A stretch of DNA of 64,000 bases from an uncultured delta proteobacterium (lineage in GTDB: Bacteria; Desulfobacterota; Desulfobacteria; Desulfobacterales; UBA2156): NCBI GenBank assembly GCA_963736855.1, contig CAVTQK010000008.1, forward strand, positions 32,001-96,000, written 5' to 3'. The position numbers and the translations under genes are program-made. The notes beneath the pieces were generated by a model. The model saw nothing but the letters and a program-made list of their open reading frames with translations, was not told the origin of the DNA and ran no database searches. Positions 10,753-20,700 of this stretch are shown in pieces (the stretch's first letter is position 1; each line of letters begins with the position of its first letter).

Positions 10753-10786
10753 TGACAAACCGACTGTGTGCTCAGTCGGTTTGTCA
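10753..10786. promoter_or_regulatory. TetR operator overlapping a -35 box
   Basis: Perfect 14-bp arms TGACAAACCGACTG-N6-CAGTCGGTTTGTCA directly upstream of tetR; starts inside TTGACA. Confidence 0.75.
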
Positions 10787-10804
10787 GTGATAAAGGAGGC
10801 CGAT

Positions 10805-11383
10805 TTGTCAAAAAAGGAGGTGATTTTAAAAGCTGCAGCAAAGCTGTTTTCGGAAAAGGGTTTTAAATTTACTTCTATGGCTGAAATTTCCAGAATCACC
10901 GGGGCTGCTGAAGGAACAATTTTTTATCATTTTAAAAGCAAAGAGGAATTGTTTTTATCCATACTGGAAAGGATCAGAGAGACCGTATCAACAGAGATAA
11001 AAAATCATTTCAGCAACAACATGTATCCAACCGGCATGGAAATGATGGACGGCGCCGTCTCTTTTTATCTGGGTCTTCCCGGAAAGATGGAGGACTGGTT
11101 TTTTGTTCTGCACAGACATTATACATATGATCTTGCGGCAGTGAATCCGGTTTGCAAAGGGGATGTTGACACAATATTCAATTGTTTTTTAGACCTTTTT
11201 GAGAGCGCAATAATGAAAGGGCAGAAAGACGGCTCAATTGCCGATCTGCCGGCGCGAAAAACAGCCTGTATCATATTTGCCGCTGCTGACGGCCTTATCC
11301 GGTTCAACAATTATAATCTTTACAATACAAATTTGCTTTATAAAGAATTTATTGAATCCTTAAGAAAGATGCTGAAAAAATAA
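10805..11383 (+). CDS. TetR/AcrR family regulator
   Basis: ILKAAAKLFSEKGF...GTIFYHFKSKEEL HTH; TTG start 5 nt after AAGGAGG. Confidence 0.9.
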   Translation: MSKKEVILKAAAKLFSEKGFKFTSMAEISRITGAAEGTIFYHFKSKEELFLSILERIRETVSTEIKNHFSNNMYPTGMEMMDGAVSFYLGLPGKMEDWFFVLHRHYTYDLAAVNPVCKGDVDTIFNCFLDLFESAIMKGQKDGSIADLPARKTACIIFAAADGLIRFNNYNLYNTNLLYKEFIESLRKMLKK

Positions 11384-11395
11384 TATAACAAATAG

Positions 11396-13531
11396 GTGCT
11401 GAATATGCTGACCCGAATTTTCCCTTTTCTTGCCTGGTTTAAAAAATACAGTCTTGAAGCGTTCAGAATTGATGCTGTTGCCGGATTGACTGTGGCTCTT
11501 GTTCTTATCCCCCAGTCCATGGCCTATGCCCAGCTGGCAGGGCTGCCGCCGTATTATGGGCTTTATGCCGCCTTCATTCCTCCCATGATTGCCGCGCTCT
11601 TCGGCTCAAGCCGCCAACTTGCAACAGGCCCTGTAGCCGTTGTTTCTCTTATGACATCCGCATCTCTTGAGCCGCTTGCAACAGCAGGAAGCGAAGGATT
11701 TATAGCATATGCAATCCTGCTGGCTCTCATGGTCGGAGTTTTTCAGTTTGCGCTAGGAGTCTTAAGGCTCGGTCTGGTTGTCAATTTTCTCTCCCATCCT
11801 GTTGTAAACGGGTTCACAAATGCCGCCGCGATCATAATAGCAACTTCCCAGCTCTCTAAGATGTTCGGTGTCAATGTCGATAATGAGGCGCATCATTATG
11901 AGACAATCATCAAGGTCGTAAAGGCCGCAATGCATTACACCCACTGGCCCACTTTCTTCATGGGAGCGTTTGCCTTTGCGATCATGTATGGGCTGAAGCG
12001 TGTCGCGCCCAAAATTCCTAATGTGCTTGTTGCTGTTGCCATCACCACTCTCATATCATGGGGGATAGGGTTTAATTATAATGCCAAAGTCGACGTTTCC
12101 AATATTGAATCACCCGAAGCGCAGGATCTGATATCAAAATTCAACTCGGCGGTTGGCAAGATAGCCCCTCTTTCGGAAAAGCGGACACAGGCAGTTGCGG
12201 TTCTTGATGAGGTAAAAAAAAATGGCGATCTGATTGCAGTGCTCGATGCGGAGCGTGATGTAAATGTAATTGCTACCCAGATCGAGGTACTGAGGCTTGA
12301 GACGCGCAATTACAGAGAGAAAATAAGGGACCTCCTGTTTGAAGGAGTCAAGGACCCGGAAGGCAATATGAAATTTTATCCGGTAAAGCAGGCTCCTGAA
12401 AGTCTTAAAACAGACGGCCGCATATGGCGGATAAAAGCCGGCAACAATCCCATTAAAACAGACATGATGACAATGATCGGAGGAGGAGAAGTCGTTGGCG
12501 CCATTCCGAAAGGGCTTCCCAAATTCTCCATGCCGAAAATGGATTTGAAGGTTATTTTAAAAATTCTCCCGTTTGCGGCGATAATCTCACTTCTCGGTTT
12601 CATGGAAGCCATATCCATAGCCAAGGCGATGGCGGCCAAAACAGGGCAGCGGCTTGATCCGAACCAGGAATTGATAGGACAGGGACTCGCAAACATGCTG
12701 GGCTCCTTTTCAAACGGATATCCGGTTTCAGGATCATTTTCAAGATCGGCCGTAAACTTACAGGCCGGGGCGGTTACAGGCCTGTCAAGTGTTTTTACCA
12801 GTACGGCTGTTGTAATAACGCTTATGTTTTTTACGCCGCTTCTTTACTTTCTGCCCCAGTCTGTTCTTGCAGCGGTAATAATGATGGCTGTTATCGGCCT
12901 GATAAATGTGGCGGGCTTCATGCACGCCTGGAGGGCAAAGTGGTATGACGGCGCCATTTCGATTTTATCCTTCATATTCACACTTGCGTTTGCTCCCCAC
13001 CTCGACAAGGGCATCACTATAGGGGTTGTGTTATCGCTCGGTGTGTTTCTTTATAACAGCATGAGGCCGAAAGTTGCTTCATTGTCGCGGCATGAAGATG
13101 AAGCTCTCCGCGATTCGGCCGCTTTCGGTCTTAAACAGTGTGAGTTTATCGACATGGTTCGTTTTGACGGACCGCTCTTTTTTGCAAATGCCAGTTACCT
13201 TGAAGATAAAATCACCGAGCGGCTCATGACGAAAAAGAACCTTAAGCATATTGTGATCGTGTGCAACGGCATCAATGATATCGACGCGTCGGGTGAAGAA
13301 ACTTTATCTTTGGTTGTCGACAGAACAAGAAGCGGCGGAGTTGATATCTCGTTCAGCGGCGTGAATGAAACGGTGATGAATGTTTTTATAAACACCCACT
13401 TGCTTGAAAAAATCGGTCCAGACCACATCTATCCAACGATGGAAAAGGCCGTATGTTCGGTTTATGACCAGACACACACAGACAACAGGGAAGAGATGTG
13501 CCCGCTTCGGACCACATGCCGTCTTACCTGA
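11396..13531 (+). CDS. sulP: SulP (SLC26) anion transporter with STAS domain
   Basis: IPQSMAYAQLAG, NQELIGQG, GSFSRSA, DGPLFFANA, IDASG. Confidence 0.92.
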   Translation: MLNMLTRIFPFLAWFKKYSLEAFRIDAVAGLTVALVLIPQSMAYAQLAGLPPYYGLYAAFIPPMIAALFGSSRQLATGPVAVVSLMTSASLEPLATAGSEGFIAYAILLALMVGVFQFALGVLRLGLVVNFLSHPVVNGFTNAAAIIIATSQLSKMFGVNVDNEAHHYETIIKVVKAAMHYTHWPTFFMGAFAFAIMYGLKRVAPKIPNVLVAVAITTLISWGIGFNYNAKVDVSNIESPEAQDLISKFNSAVGKIAPLSEKRTQAVAVLDEVKKNGDLIAVLDAERDVNVIATQIEVLRLETRNYREKIRDLLFEGVKDPEGNMKFYPVKQAPESLKTDGRIWRIKAGNNPIKTDMMTMIGGGEVVGAIPKGLPKFSMPKMDLKVILKILPFAAIISLLGFMEAISIAKAMAAKTGQRLDPNQELIGQGLANMLGSFSNGYPVSGSFSRSAVNLQAGAVTGLSSVFTSTAVVITLMFFTPLLYFLPQSVLAAVIMMAVIGLINVAGFMHAWRAKWYDGAISILSFIFTLAFAPHLDKGITIGVVLSLGVFLYNSMRPKVASLSRHEDEALRDSAAFGLKQCEFIDMVRFDGPLFFANASYLEDKITERLMTKKNLKHIVIVCNGINDIDASGEETLSLVVDRTRSGGVDISFSGVNETVMNVFINTHLLEKIGPDHIYPTMEKAVCSVYDQTHTDNREEMCPLRTTCRLT

Positions 13532-13558
13532 TAATAGATTAAAAAAGGGAGGTTTTTT

Positions 13559-14776
13559 ATGTCTGTAATTGCTATTTTCAGCGGCACCTTCTGCAAAAAT
13601 GAGCTTGTTGTTAAGAATGTGCTTTCATCCACGGGATATAAGCTTGTAACAGACAATGACATTGTTGCCGAAGCAGGCAGGCTTTCAGGGATATCGGCAA
13701 ATAAGATAATGAGAGCTTTCTCGGCCAAGGAATCTGTCTTTAATAACTTTACACACGAAAAAGAGGTTTCAATAGCCTGGCTTAAACTTGCAGTGGCGGA
13801 AAAACTCGCTGGAGATGAACTTCTTGTTTCCGGTTTTGCAGGGAGTCTTATTCCTAAAAGCATAAGCCATGTGCTCAGGGTTTGCCTTATAGCCGATATG
13901 AAATTCAGGATTTCCCATGCTGCTGCCGAGCAGAAGATCTCAGAGAAAGAAGCCGCGAAAATAATTCACAAACAGGATGAAGACAGGATAGCATGGATAA
14001 GCAATCTGTTTAAGAAAAATGATCCGTGGGATTCCTCCCTTTACGACCTCGTCATCCCGATGGATAAGATGGATCTGGAGAAGGCGGCATCTCTTATTAC
14101 AGAGAATGCCGGAAAGGCGGTTGTAAAAACGACTATCCATTCCAGAAAGGCGGTTGATGATTTTTTCGTAGCCTCAAAAGTGGAAATGCACCTTGCCCGG
14201 GAAGGACATCATGTTGATATTTCGGCAAAAGACGGTACCGTGACAATAATCATAAACAAGCATGTTCTTCTGCTGAGCAAGCTTGAAGATGAGCTTAAGG
14301 CTATCGCCCGCAAGGTGCCCGAAGTCAAGGCGGTTGAAACCAAAGTGGGTGAGGGATACTACCAGACTGATATATACAGAAAATATGATTTTAAAATGCC
14401 GTCTAAAGTGCTTCTTGTTGATGACGAACGTGAATTTGTTCAGACTCTGTCGGAACGGCTTATCATGCGCGACATGGGTTCAGCTGTGGTATATGACGGG
14501 GAATCGGCGCTTAACCTGGTTTCGGAAGACGAGCCGGAAGTCATGATTCTGGACCTTAAGATGCCCGGCATAAACGGTATCGAAGTTTTAAGAAGAGTCA
14601 AACAGAACAACCCTGAAATCGAGGTGATAATTCTTACCGGCCACGGAACAGATGCCGACAAGGAGTTGTGCATGAAACTGGGCGCGTTTGCATACCTTCA
14701 AAAGCCGGTCGATATAGAACTTTTGAGCGACACCTTAAAGAAAGCCAATGACAAAATAAATAAAAATAAATCTTAA
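13559..14776 (+). CDS. Cytidylate kinase-like + BON-like + receiver domain protein
   Basis: HVLRVCLIAD and YDLVIP in the N-terminal part; C-terminal VLLVDDE...ILDLKM...LTGHG...QKP. Confidence 0.85.
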   Translation: MSVIAIFSGTFCKNELVVKNVLSSTGYKLVTDNDIVAEAGRLSGISANKIMRAFSAKESVFNNFTHEKEVSIAWLKLAVAEKLAGDELLVSGFAGSLIPKSISHVLRVCLIADMKFRISHAAAEQKISEKEAAKIIHKQDEDRIAWISNLFKKNDPWDSSLYDLVIPMDKMDLEKAASLITENAGKAVVKTTIHSRKAVDDFFVASKVEMHLAREGHHVDISAKDGTVTIIINKHVLLLSKLEDELKAIARKVPEVKAVETKVGEGYYQTDIYRKYDFKMPSKVLLVDDEREFVQTLSERLIMRDMGSAVVYDGESALNLVSEDEPEVMILDLKMPGINGIEVLRRVKQNNPEIEVIILTGHGTDADKELCMKLGAFAYLQKPVDIELLSDTLKKANDKINKNKS

Positions 14777-14792
14777 CTTCTTAAAATTATTT

Positions 14793-14823
14793 GATAATAA
14801 TGGTGGAGGCGGCGGGAGTCGAA
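14793..14823 (-). repeat. Distal att site: duplicated tmRNA 3' end
   Basis: 31 bp GATAATAATGGTGGAGGCGGCGGGAGTCGAA identical to 24465-24495. Confidence 0.92.
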
Positions 14824-15298
14824 GTCCAAAGTTTGTAATTTTCTTAATTAGTTGATATACATGGCTTTCCCATTGGTTTCAGTATGTTAAAGTTATTTTC
14901 CTAATACTTCAATATGTTCATTATCAACCGTTTGGTTCAATGAAAACGAATTAATCTTACGAGATTTCTACCAGACCTTTTTTACGGCACTGCAGAATGT
15001 GAAAGTGTGTGTTCCGGGCACCCTCGATTCTGTCCGTCTATACATTCTTACCCACGTAGCATAGAATAATATCCATGTATATTTAAGCCCTTATCCCCAT
15101 TCAAACCCTTACAATCTGTCCTTCTGGTCAGTAAATCAGACCTTGAGAATCCAACTTTTTTCATTAAAAAACCCGACGTAGGATAATACAGCATAGCATC
15201 ACATCAAGAAGGAAGAAAGAAGGGGTGTTAGGGCTATCCTACTGTAATCTAAATGTATTTTATACTATACTACGGTAAAAGCCCCAGCATTTCGATTT

Positions 15299-15559
15299 TC
15301 ATACTTTCACCTTTTCAACCCCGTCCACCACCTGGCGGACATCAGCCAGGCATCACCGACCCTTTGGATTTTTATTCGCGCAATCGCATCCCCCACGCTT
15401 CTTTTCTGCTGCGATTTTGGCCATTATCGTCGATGTACCGTTTTCAAGGAAATCCTGTTCGATGTCTTTTCGACTATGGCCGAAACAAAAACAAACCAAT
15501 GCGTCAGGTTGAAATTCGGCTTTTTTCTCCACAAAGGGTTTGAGAATTTGCCGGTTCAT
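15299..15559 (-). CDS. Putative selenoprotein: small [2Fe-2S]/CopZ-N-like protein, Sec at 15353-15355
   Basis: VCFCFG...CDCANKNPKGR-UGA-CLADVRQVV; UGA occupies the first Cys of the NPxGxCC motif; SECIS-like hairpin GTCCGCC-AGGT-GGTGGAC follows. Confidence 0.8.
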
Positions 15560-15820
15560 GTTTTTATCTTCAACAATGGTATGGCGGTTTCGATGAGAAA
15601 TCAAGGTAATGTTCGGACCAGATAACCGCAAGAATCAGTGGCGATTCTTTAAAGGGGGAAATTCTTGTATAAATGGTGGTATTGTATAATAATATAGAAG
15701 AGTTATAATGTATCTTCTTGTCTGATAGTGTAAAGTGAAAACTTGGTTATTGAGGATTAGGAGGAATGCTTGGGGGTGAAGGGTTTTAAAAAACGTTGCA
15801 AAAATGACAACCAAACTCAT

Positions 15821-15841
15821 CGGCGAGCGGCAAGCTCGCTG
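15821..15841. repeat. Short GC-rich hairpin (terminator or REP-like)
   Basis: CGGCGAGC-GGCAA-GCTCGCTG just downstream of the 15857 gene. Confidence 0.45.
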
Positions 15842-15856
15842 GTTTAGAAGAAATCT

Positions 15857-16756
15857 TTATTTGACAAATTCAGGATAAAGTTTTTTTATGCATTCCGGAC
15901 AAATACCGTGACTGAATTCCGCTTCGGAATGATCGTGAATATAGGATTCGATTTGATTCCAGTATCCCTTATCATCCCTGATTTTTTTGCAGGATGCGCA
16001 GATGGGCAGAAGGCCTTGCAATATTTTGATCTTTTCCTTTGCCTCATCCCGCTTTCGGATTTGCGTTTTAAGTTGAGCAAAACCGATTAGGATTCCTAAA
16101 AGTCCAAGTGCCCAGACGACTGTGAAGCCCGTTAAAATCATCAGGGTCTGGGACCGCGCCGCCGCCTGGTACGGAGCAAACGGCACCGAGATGCTGATCC
16201 CGCCCCGGATGTCGCCCACCTTGTATCCCTGATCGGCGTGACACTTGAGGCAGCTTTCCTCCACCATGAATGGTCGCATGAGACGAAAGTATGCCTTCTG
16301 GTCGATGGTATCCACTTCGGTGATCTCTTTTTTCCCCTGCTCCATGGCGCGAAGCGCTTCTGTTTCCCAGAGGTCGGGTGCGTTTTCCGGCCGAATGGGT
16401 TTAAGGCTCGTGATATGCCCCCGAAGGCCGTATTGTTCGAAACCCAGCTCATGGACCTGTCGAGTCATGTAAGCCGGATTGATAAGGGTCAGGGTGCGGC
16501 CGGAAGGAGTGGAAATATCTCGTTCCGGGATGTGTATCAAATAGGGATTTGAGGGCGTTTTCTCCGTAACGGGTGCATAAACTCCGCCGTGCATGGCACC
16601 CCATCGACGATATGCCACATCCTTGTTGAAGCTGGTAGTTGCCTCGAATCGGGCCAGGTTCGAAAATTCCTTCCGGATGCTCACCAGATTGATGATCATC
16701 GCGGTGGCGAGGGCGACGGTCCAGATACATGGAAGAACCCAGGTGTAGCGATGCAA
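15857..16756 (-). CDS. Membrane sensor with periplasmic c-heme (DUF3365/Tll0287-like) domain and C-terminal Cys/His domain
   Basis: HGGVY, INPAYMTRQ, CLKCH heme motif, 2 TMs, LLPICASCKKIRDD...SHGICPEC tail. Confidence 0.8.
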   Translation of the reverse strand: MHRYTWVLPCIWTVALATAMIINLVSIRKEFSNLARFEATTSFNKDVAYRRWGAMHGGVYAPVTEKTPSNPYLIHIPERDISTPSGRTLTLINPAYMTRQVHELGFEQYGLRGHITSLKPIRPENAPDLWETEALRAMEQGKKEITEVDTIDQKAYFRLMRPFMVEESCLKCHADQGYKVGDIRGGISISVPFAPYQAAARSQTLMILTGFTVVWALGLLGILIGFAQLKTQIRKRDEAKEKIKILQGLLPICASCKKIRDDKGYWNQIESYIHDHSEAEFSHGICPECIKKLYPEFVK

Positions 16757-16827
16757 GGGGTCATATCCCTTCAGCTTGATGTCAGACGGATCTATGTTTC
16801 ACCTTGTGGGGCTTGATGATTGATTCT

Positions 16828-19176
16828 TCAGAGAACCTTTTTTACCTTATCCAATACTTTGCGAACCGTTTGAGCCAATTCCATTTTCACGATCGGCTTC
16901 ATTAACAATGCTTTTATTCCAAAATTACTCGCTCTTTCTTCCGATACTTTTTTGCTGAATCCGGTACACAAAATTAGAGGGACATCGGGTCTGATTTTAT
17001 GGAGTTCAACGGCAAGTAAATCCCCGGTCATCTTTGGCATGTTCATATCCGTGATTACCAGGTCAAAACGTTTAGGATCCGATTTAAACAACTCCAATGC
17101 TTCTATAGGGTTTGTTACAACGGTTACATGATATCCCAGTGACATCAAAATTTTTTCACCTATTTCGGCAATGGGATTTTCATCATCAATGAACAGTATC
17201 CTCTCATCTCCGGTTGGCGCCACTTTTTCTGCGGATGTTGGGGTAATCGCATTTGCTTTGCGCTCTAAAACCGGAATATAGACGTCAAATATGCTTCCAC
17301 TGCCCAACTTGCTGCTTACTGTAATCAAACCTTTTAATTCATCAACAATTCCTTTTACCAACGATAACCCTAAACCGGTTCCTTCACCTATTCTTTTGGT
17401 GGTAAAATATGGATCAAATATTTTTCCAAGGAAATCAGGTCTAATCCCGTATCCGGTATCCTCAACATGCAATTGCATATAGTTCCCGGGAATGATTGTT
17501 GGATGATTATCGGTAAAATTCATGTTTAAAATGACTTCTTTCAATCGAACAGTTAATAACCCCCCCCTGTCTTCCATGGCTTGTGCGGCGTTGGTGCAAA
17601 GATTCATGACCACCTGATGAATTTGAGTCGCATCAGCTAAAACATTACCATCACTTTCGATAATTTCTCTGATTTCGATATTGCTGGGTATGGAAGCCAT
17701 CATTAGTTTCAGTGCTTCTTTTAAAATTAGCTTTACCCGAATCGGTTTTATTTCTGTCTCTTTTTGTCGGGCAAACGTAATGATCTGCTTGACTAATTCC
17801 GTCGCCCGACCGCTTGCGGCCAGTACTTCTTGAATATTTCCATATGCATCATCACTTTTTGGGGTGGTCATAAGTGCAAGTTCGGAATAGCCGACAATGG
17901 CTGAAAGGATATTGTTAAAGTCATGGGCAATGCCGCCTGCCAGTATGCCAATCGCTTCCATTTTCTGCGCTTGTAGCATCCGACGATTCAGTTCGATTCG
18001 TTGGTTTTCCATTTCTTTGCTGGAGGTGATATCCGTGGCCACTTGAAGTCTGACGGTACGACCGTCGACCCATTGAATTGCTCGGTCGCAGTTGATGTAC
18101 CACCTTCCTGTGATCGGATTCTGGTCTTCCCACGTCACCGATCCTTTTGGCATGCCCTGTTCATTGATGATTCGAGGATTGGTGCAGAAGGAACAAGGCA
18201 CGGTCTGGTTACGAAATGCCCGATAGCAGATCTGACCTGTCAGGTTTGAACCAAAAGAATCCTTCATGCTCTTATTCATGAAAAGAATTTCATGGGTATT
18301 TATATCTGCCGCGTAAACGTTGGAATCGATGCCTTCTAAAATGATCAGCAATCGCTCATTGGACTCTTTAAGCGCCTTTTGCGCGCTCATGCGCTCTGTA
18401 ATATCCCTTATCAAGCTGATAAAACCAATGACATTCCCGGCGCCATCTTTTAAATAGTGTACGCTTGTTTCTCCTGAAAAAATTTCTCCTTGTTTTTTCT
18501 TGAAATTGATTATTTTTAGAAAATTATCCTTGTCCAAATGGTCCTTTAATTCGTTTCGCAGTTCGTTATATTCTTCCTCATTACCGAAAATATAAACGGT
18601 TTTTTCACCTTTAAAATCCTCTATTGTATAGCCGAACAATGAAGTAAACGCCGGATTTAAGTCGATAATAGTCCAATCGGTATTCGTGACCATGATCGCA
18701 TCTCTGATGCTATTGAATAATCCTTTGTATTTTTCATGGCTTTGTCGAAGCTCATTTTCCACTATTTTGCGCTCGGTGATGTCTCGGATGTTGCATTGGA
18801 TCACCCTATGGCTATTGACTTCATAGATATTGCTAACGAACTCTACTTCGACTTGATGCCCGTCTTTGGTCTTAAGCGGTAGATTTTCGTAACGAATATA
18901 TTTGTCCTTTTGTAACTTCTTGAAGGCGAGTTTGTTTGCCGTGATATCTCTGAATAAACCGATCTCCCAAAGCTCCTTGCCTATAAATTCATCATGAGAA
19001 TAACCCAACATATTCATCAAAAATGGATTGACATCAATGATCTTCCAGGTGTTGGCATCCAAGATTAATATTCCATCCTTGGCGGTTTCAAAAAGTCTTC
19101 GATAACGAGCCTCGGATGCCTTTATTTCATCATCTGTCTTTACGCCGGAAATATTATCGGCTTGGGTTTTTTCCAT
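16828..19176 (-). CDS. Multi-PAS hybrid sensor histidine kinase
   Basis: Three PAS/PAC repeats, AHDFNN H-box, HATPase, C-terminal REC. Confidence 0.92.
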   Translation of the reverse strand: MEKTQADNISGVKTDDEIKASEARYRRLFETAKDGILILDANTWKIIDVNPFLMNMLGYSHDEFIGKELWEIGLFRDITANKLAFKKLQKDKYIRYENLPLKTKDGHQVEVEFVSNIYEVNSHRVIQCNIRDITERKIVENELRQSHEKYKGLFNSIRDAIMVTNTDWTIIDLNPAFTSLFGYTIEDFKGEKTVYIFGNEEEYNELRNELKDHLDKDNFLKIINFKKKQGEIFSGETSVHYLKDGAGNVIGFISLIRDITERMSAQKALKESNERLLIILEGIDSNVYAADINTHEILFMNKSMKDSFGSNLTGQICYRAFRNQTVPCSFCTNPRIINEQGMPKGSVTWEDQNPITGRWYINCDRAIQWVDGRTVRLQVATDITSSKEMENQRIELNRRMLQAQKMEAIGILAGGIAHDFNNILSAIVGYSELALMTTPKSDDAYGNIQEVLAASGRATELVKQIITFARQKETEIKPIRVKLILKEALKLMMASIPSNIEIREIIESDGNVLADATQIHQVVMNLCTNAAQAMEDRGGLLTVRLKEVILNMNFTDNHPTIIPGNYMQLHVEDTGYGIRPDFLGKIFDPYFTTKRIGEGTGLGLSLVKGIVDELKGLITVSSKLGSGSIFDVYIPVLERKANAITPTSAEKVAPTGDERILFIDDENPIAEIGEKILMSLGYHVTVVTNPIEALELFKSDPKRFDLVITDMNMPKMTGDLLAVELHKIRPDVPLILCTGFSKKVSEERASNFGIKALLMKPIVKMELAQTVRKVLDKVKKVL

Positions 19177-19925
19177 CTCAACCTCCTTGGATAATCCATC
19201 TTTTCAAAATTGATAAAACAGATCCAATCCAGTTCTTTAGAAGAAGAGAGGCACTTTACTCTATCTTTTTCCCTCCGGTGAGATAACTTTCTGGGGATGT
19301 CCTTAAGTTAACAGCATTTTGAGTTCAGATAGGGAGACATTTTTATTACACCAGAAGGAAATCAAATCCATTCGATTCCCAAGTAAGGCATCCGGTACCA
19401 TCGACAATATGTCCGGTTCGAATCACACATCCTTTTTTGAGATTGTGTGAATTTACTCGATTTTATTAACATACATAAACTAAAATGTCAATATTTTACT
19501 CCATTTTCTATGATTTTAAAATAGTATAATTTTATACCCACTATCTTCTATCCGTTCTTAAACTGATCCCAAATCATTAAAAAGAACCTTTAGAATAGCC
19601 CTCTTCAATGCAGAAACAAAATTCAACCGAAACAAGACAAGGGAAAACTTGAATACGGAATTCTTTACGATGGATGTTTATTAATTCTATTTTATTCTAC
19701 CCAAAAGTTCTTCATAAATTCCCGCCAAACGCACCCAGAGCCACGTAGACAGGCTTTTTTCTTTCCTTTCACCCTTTCCTCCCTTCGTCAAGCAAATCCC
19801 TTATCCTGGTCATCCTAAAAGTTTTCCTCCCCCGCGTGTAATCGCCACCCCTATCTTTGAGCCGGTTCATTCTTTTTCTTCAAATTTTTATACTCCCCCA
19901 CCGTCAGAAAGGAGGTGATTCATCC

Positions 19926-20144
19926 ATGGCTTACACACCGGAACTTTCCATGGAATCCAGTTCAACCCTTCGTCGGATTGCCTGGGCACTCGGCATTCCG
20001 ATGACAAAAACTTTAGAGCGTATCTTTGAGCACCTGCCCAAGATTTTGGACAAAGCCAAGGTCTGTGAGGCGTGTCGAGACCCGTCCAAATTTGCGTCGT
20101 GCTCCTTTAACCATTCTGCAAAAGGAGGTGGTCACTCCGTTTAG
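19926..20144 (+). CDS. Small hypothetical protein (island-associated)
   Basis: AAAGGAGGTGAT RBS; MAYTPELS...LRRIAWALGIPMTK...CEAC. Confidence 0.6.
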   Translation: MAYTPELSMESSSTLRRIAWALGIPMTKTLERIFEHLPKILDKAKVCEACRDPSKFASCSFNHSAKGGGHSV

Positions 20145-20195
20145 CCCCGTTTAAACAAAGACACTTGCGCGGTCGGCTGAAACGACATGTTCGCT

Positions 20196-20453
20196 TCAGC
20201 GATAAATATTTTTTCGGTGACCAACCGTCACAATCCATATAGTAAGTTCTTCATCCTGGATTGAATATACGATCCGATATCGTCCCTGTCGCAGACGGTA
20301 CCTTTCTTGTCCAGTCAGTTTTTCACAGCCCGGAGGACGAGGATTCCCCTCAAGGGCTTTGATGCGATTTAGGATTCTCTTCACATCCTTTTTCGGAATA
20401 TCGGAAAGATCCTTTTCCACTGATCTTCTGAAAAGAACCCTATATGCGTCCAT
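20196..20453 (-). CDS. relE: RelE/ParE family type II toxin
   Basis: NPRPPGCEKL...YRLRQGRYRIVY...VGHRKNIYR. Confidence 0.9.
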   Translation of the reverse strand: MDAYRVLFRRSVEKDLSDIPKKDVKRILNRIKALEGNPRPPGCEKLTGQERYRLRQGRYRIVYSIQDEELTIWIVTVGHRKNIYR

Positions 20454-20673
20454 CTTTTTTGAGCCTCTTCACCATTTCATCATAGCTGAGCAGAGGTTCG
20501 TTCGCTCTTTCTTCGAACGCGGTGAGATCTTCGGCATCTTCGGCAAGAGCTTCTCTGACAGCCGAATTGACGAGATCGGAAATCGATCGTGATGTCTCTA
20601 AAGCCTTCATTTTAAGAGCCTTATGAACAACATGATCGAGATAAATCGTGGCGCGTTTAACAGTTGTTTCCAT
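20440..20673 (-). CDS. CopG/RHH antitoxin
   Basis: KRATIYLD...SISDLVN...DAEDL; overlaps the toxin start. Confidence 0.85.
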   Translation of the reverse strand: METTVKRATIYLDHVVHKALKMKALETSRSISDLVNSAVREALAEDAEDLTAFEERANEPLLSYDEMVKRLKKDGRI

Positions 20674-20700
20674 AATGTCACCTCCATTCATTTTGGGGAC

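Noticed and set aside
14801..14823. tRNA gene at the distal repeat
   Set aside because: Only the last 23 nt of tmRNA are present, with no 5' half.
19908..19920. AAAGGAGGTGAT as a 16S rRNA remnant
   Set aside because: It is simply a strong Shine-Dalgarno before the 19926 ATG.
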